Shown here: piece by piece, positions 62,930 through 64,000 of the stretch
Position numbering within the stretch: the first letter of the stretch is position 1
Layout of the letters: each line of letters starts with the position of its first letter
Source: an uncultured Candidatus Saccharibacteria bacterium
GTDB taxonomy: Bacteria > Patescibacteriota > Saccharimonadia > Saccharimonadales > JACDBH01
Assembly: GCA_964431415.1 (NCBI GenBank)
Contig: CAYSJS010000002.1
Span: 3,055 to 67,054, forward strand
DNA: 64,000 nucleotides
Direction of reading: 5' to 3'
Notes under the pieces: model-generated
What the model saw: the letters and a program-made list of their open reading frames with translations, nothing else
What the model was told of the DNA's origin: nothing
The model's database searches: none
Made by a program: the position numbers and the translations under genes

Positions 62930-63349
62930 TTACTGAGCCGGAGAGGCGCTTTCCGGAATGTCGTTTCGGGTGTACCCGGCAACAATTTCTTTTACCATAT
63001 CTGTGATCTGCTTAGGATCGTACTCACTCTTGATGATATATTTAACCGCCCCTTTCGAAAGAGCCGTTTCAATATCGTTCTCACCCGCTAAGTTAGACAG
63101 CATTACGACCGGAATACTCTTGAGTTCGGGATCAAGCTTGAGCTTCTCGAGCACCTGAATGCCGTTCATCTTCGGCATCATCACATCAAGCAGTATAATC
63201 GTCGGCTTTGGCTGCATAGTGCGCGCCTTTTCGATCCCCTCCTCGCCGTCGCTTGCCAGCTCAACATCAAACTTCTCAAAGCTGAAGATTTTTTGATACA
63301 TTCGCAGGATGAGTTGATCATCCTCTATTAATAAGACCCGTACCGTCAT
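62930..63349 (-). CDS. Single-domain response regulator (CheY-like receiver)
   Basis: 139 aa with VLLIEDD, a phospho-acceptor context ILLDVMMPKMNG, and VVMLSN...KGAVKYIIK. No output domain. Confidence 0.9.
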   Translation of the reverse strand: MTVRVLLIEDDQLILRMYQKIFSFEKFDVELASDGEEGIEKARTMQPKPTIILLDVMMPKMNGIQVLEKLKLDPELKSIPVVMLSNLAGENDIETALSKGAVKYIIKSEYDPKQITDMVKEIVAGYTRNDIPESASPAQ

Positions 63350-63456
63350 TGGTTGCCTCTCCTGTTGTTTTTCCTTAGTATAAATATACTCCGATTTTTC
63401 TCAGTTTACACGTTTCTTTCTTCCTTTTTTTATTGCTCGTTTATTCTCCTTATACT

Positions 63457-64000
63457 TTACACGGTATGGCGTGCTATTGGTAGGCTAAACGTAAAAACCG
63501 AACCTTTACCTAGTTCAGATGACTTTAGGAATATTTTACCTCCCATCTGTTCAGTAAGCAGTTTAGTGATGTATAGCCCAAGCCCGGTACTTCGGCTGTC
63601 GTCGCGCGTTAAAATATTGGACGTGGTTTGCTGGAACTTATGAAATAGCAACCCTTGGTTCTTTGGGTCAATGCCTATACCGGTGTCAACCACATCCACT
63701 TCCACAAAGCCGTCATTTTCGCGTGCAATTATTGTTATGGAGCCTTGGTTCGTATATTTTATGGCATTGCCAACGACATTTATGACAATTTCACCAGTGC
63801 GCGCCTCGTCCGCCAATACTCGTGGCAGGTTCTTCGGTACGTCAAGTGTAAGCTTTAGGTTTTTTTCACGAGCCAGCTCATCCAGCTCTTTAACACACGA
63901 CTCTAATGAGTGCGCGATGTCCACCGAAACGAGATTAAAGACCGCCCTCTTTTGCTCCAGCCGCGAGGTACTCAAGAACTGGTTCACAATACCGATTAAC
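63457..64000 (-). CDS. Sensor histidine kinase (C-terminal HATPase_c part; 5' end beyond the window)
   Basis: The open frame continues to the window edge. N box (EIVINVVGNAIKYT), G1 (DTGIGI) and G2 (GLGLYITK) are present. Confidence 0.8.
   Translation of the reverse strand, partial: LIGIVNQFLSTSRLEQKRAVFNLVSVDIAHSLESCVKELDELAREKNLKLTLDVPKNLPRVLADEARTGEIVINVVGNAIKYTNQGSITIIARENDGFVEVDVVDTGIGIDPKNQGLLFHKFQQTTSNILTRDDSRSTGLGLYITKLLTEQMGGKIFLKSSELGKGSVFTFSLPIARHTV

Noticed and set aside
1-64000. Search by eye for rRNA, tRNA, tmRNA/RNase P/SRP RNA, CRISPR arrays, transposases, integrases, phage genes and toxin-antitoxin pairs
   Set aside because: - No intergenic gap exceeds ~210 nt.
- No regularly spaced repeats were seen.
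- No cloverleaf-sized structured gap was seen.
- No ORF had recombinase or transposase motifs.

A covariance-model scan (Infernal/Rfam, tRNAscan-SE) would be needed to exclude small RNAs formally.

Overview
The window is gene-dense (about 66 protein-coding genes, roughly 85% on the minus strand) and almost entirely housekeeping. Genes, in order:
- recG (partial), a class A PBP, tyrS, murT-gatD, radA, clpC, nusA, pepN
- a frameshifted yraN, rnhB, rplS, an orphan pilB-type ATPase, a SpoU methyltransferase, dnaE
- a run of small YtxH/DUF948-like membrane proteins, a MOSC protein, galU, gatC-gatA-(orf135)-gatB, uvrB
- a three-gene cassette of unknown function containing a LOG/SLOG-like protein
- a 10-gene sugar-phosphate block: pfkB kinase, class II aldolase, split transketolase, rpe, a membrane ORF, rpiB, gap, IMPase/FBPase, ppa
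- a GDPD phosphodiesterase, a glutaredoxin-trxB unit, an RND pump, an FKBP isomerase, a Nudix hydrolase, an ABC exporter
- a DUF2207-like protein, a sugar transferase, pheS-(orf118)-pheT, yajQ, a wHTH protein
- a glucosyl/mannosylglycerate-hydrolase-like GH, a PKD-domain surface protein, and a response regulator with a partial histidine kinase

I found no rRNA, tRNA, CRISPR array, transposase, integrase or prophage gene.

The gene content points to a small-genome, monoderm-type bacterium, plausibly Patescibacteria/CPR (Saccharibacteria-like). Supporting features are MurT/GatD, an RND pump with no periplasmic adaptor or outer-membrane partner in the window, a split transketolase, pentose-phosphate-centred sugar metabolism, and many short unknown membrane ORFs. 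This is an inference, not a database result.

Strongest sequence-level observations:
1. A perfect CIRCE/HrcA operator lies on the clpC promoter.
2. A -10 hexamer sits 6-9 nt upstream of the ATG at about 17 operon-leading genes, suggesting leaderless or near-leaderless mRNAs.
3. yraN is split by a 1-nt frameshift at an A AAA AAT run.
4. The nusA leader carries a terminator-like hairpin.
5. Small unknown ORFs are inserted, with translational coupling, inside gatCAB, pheST, rpiB-rpe and grx-trxB.
6. The best candidate for an undescribed system is the tightly packed cassette orf410 / LOG-SLOG-like protein / small exported Cys protein at 33716-35815, although the evidence for it is only contextual.

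All functional names come from motifs I recognised in the translations. No similarity search was run.
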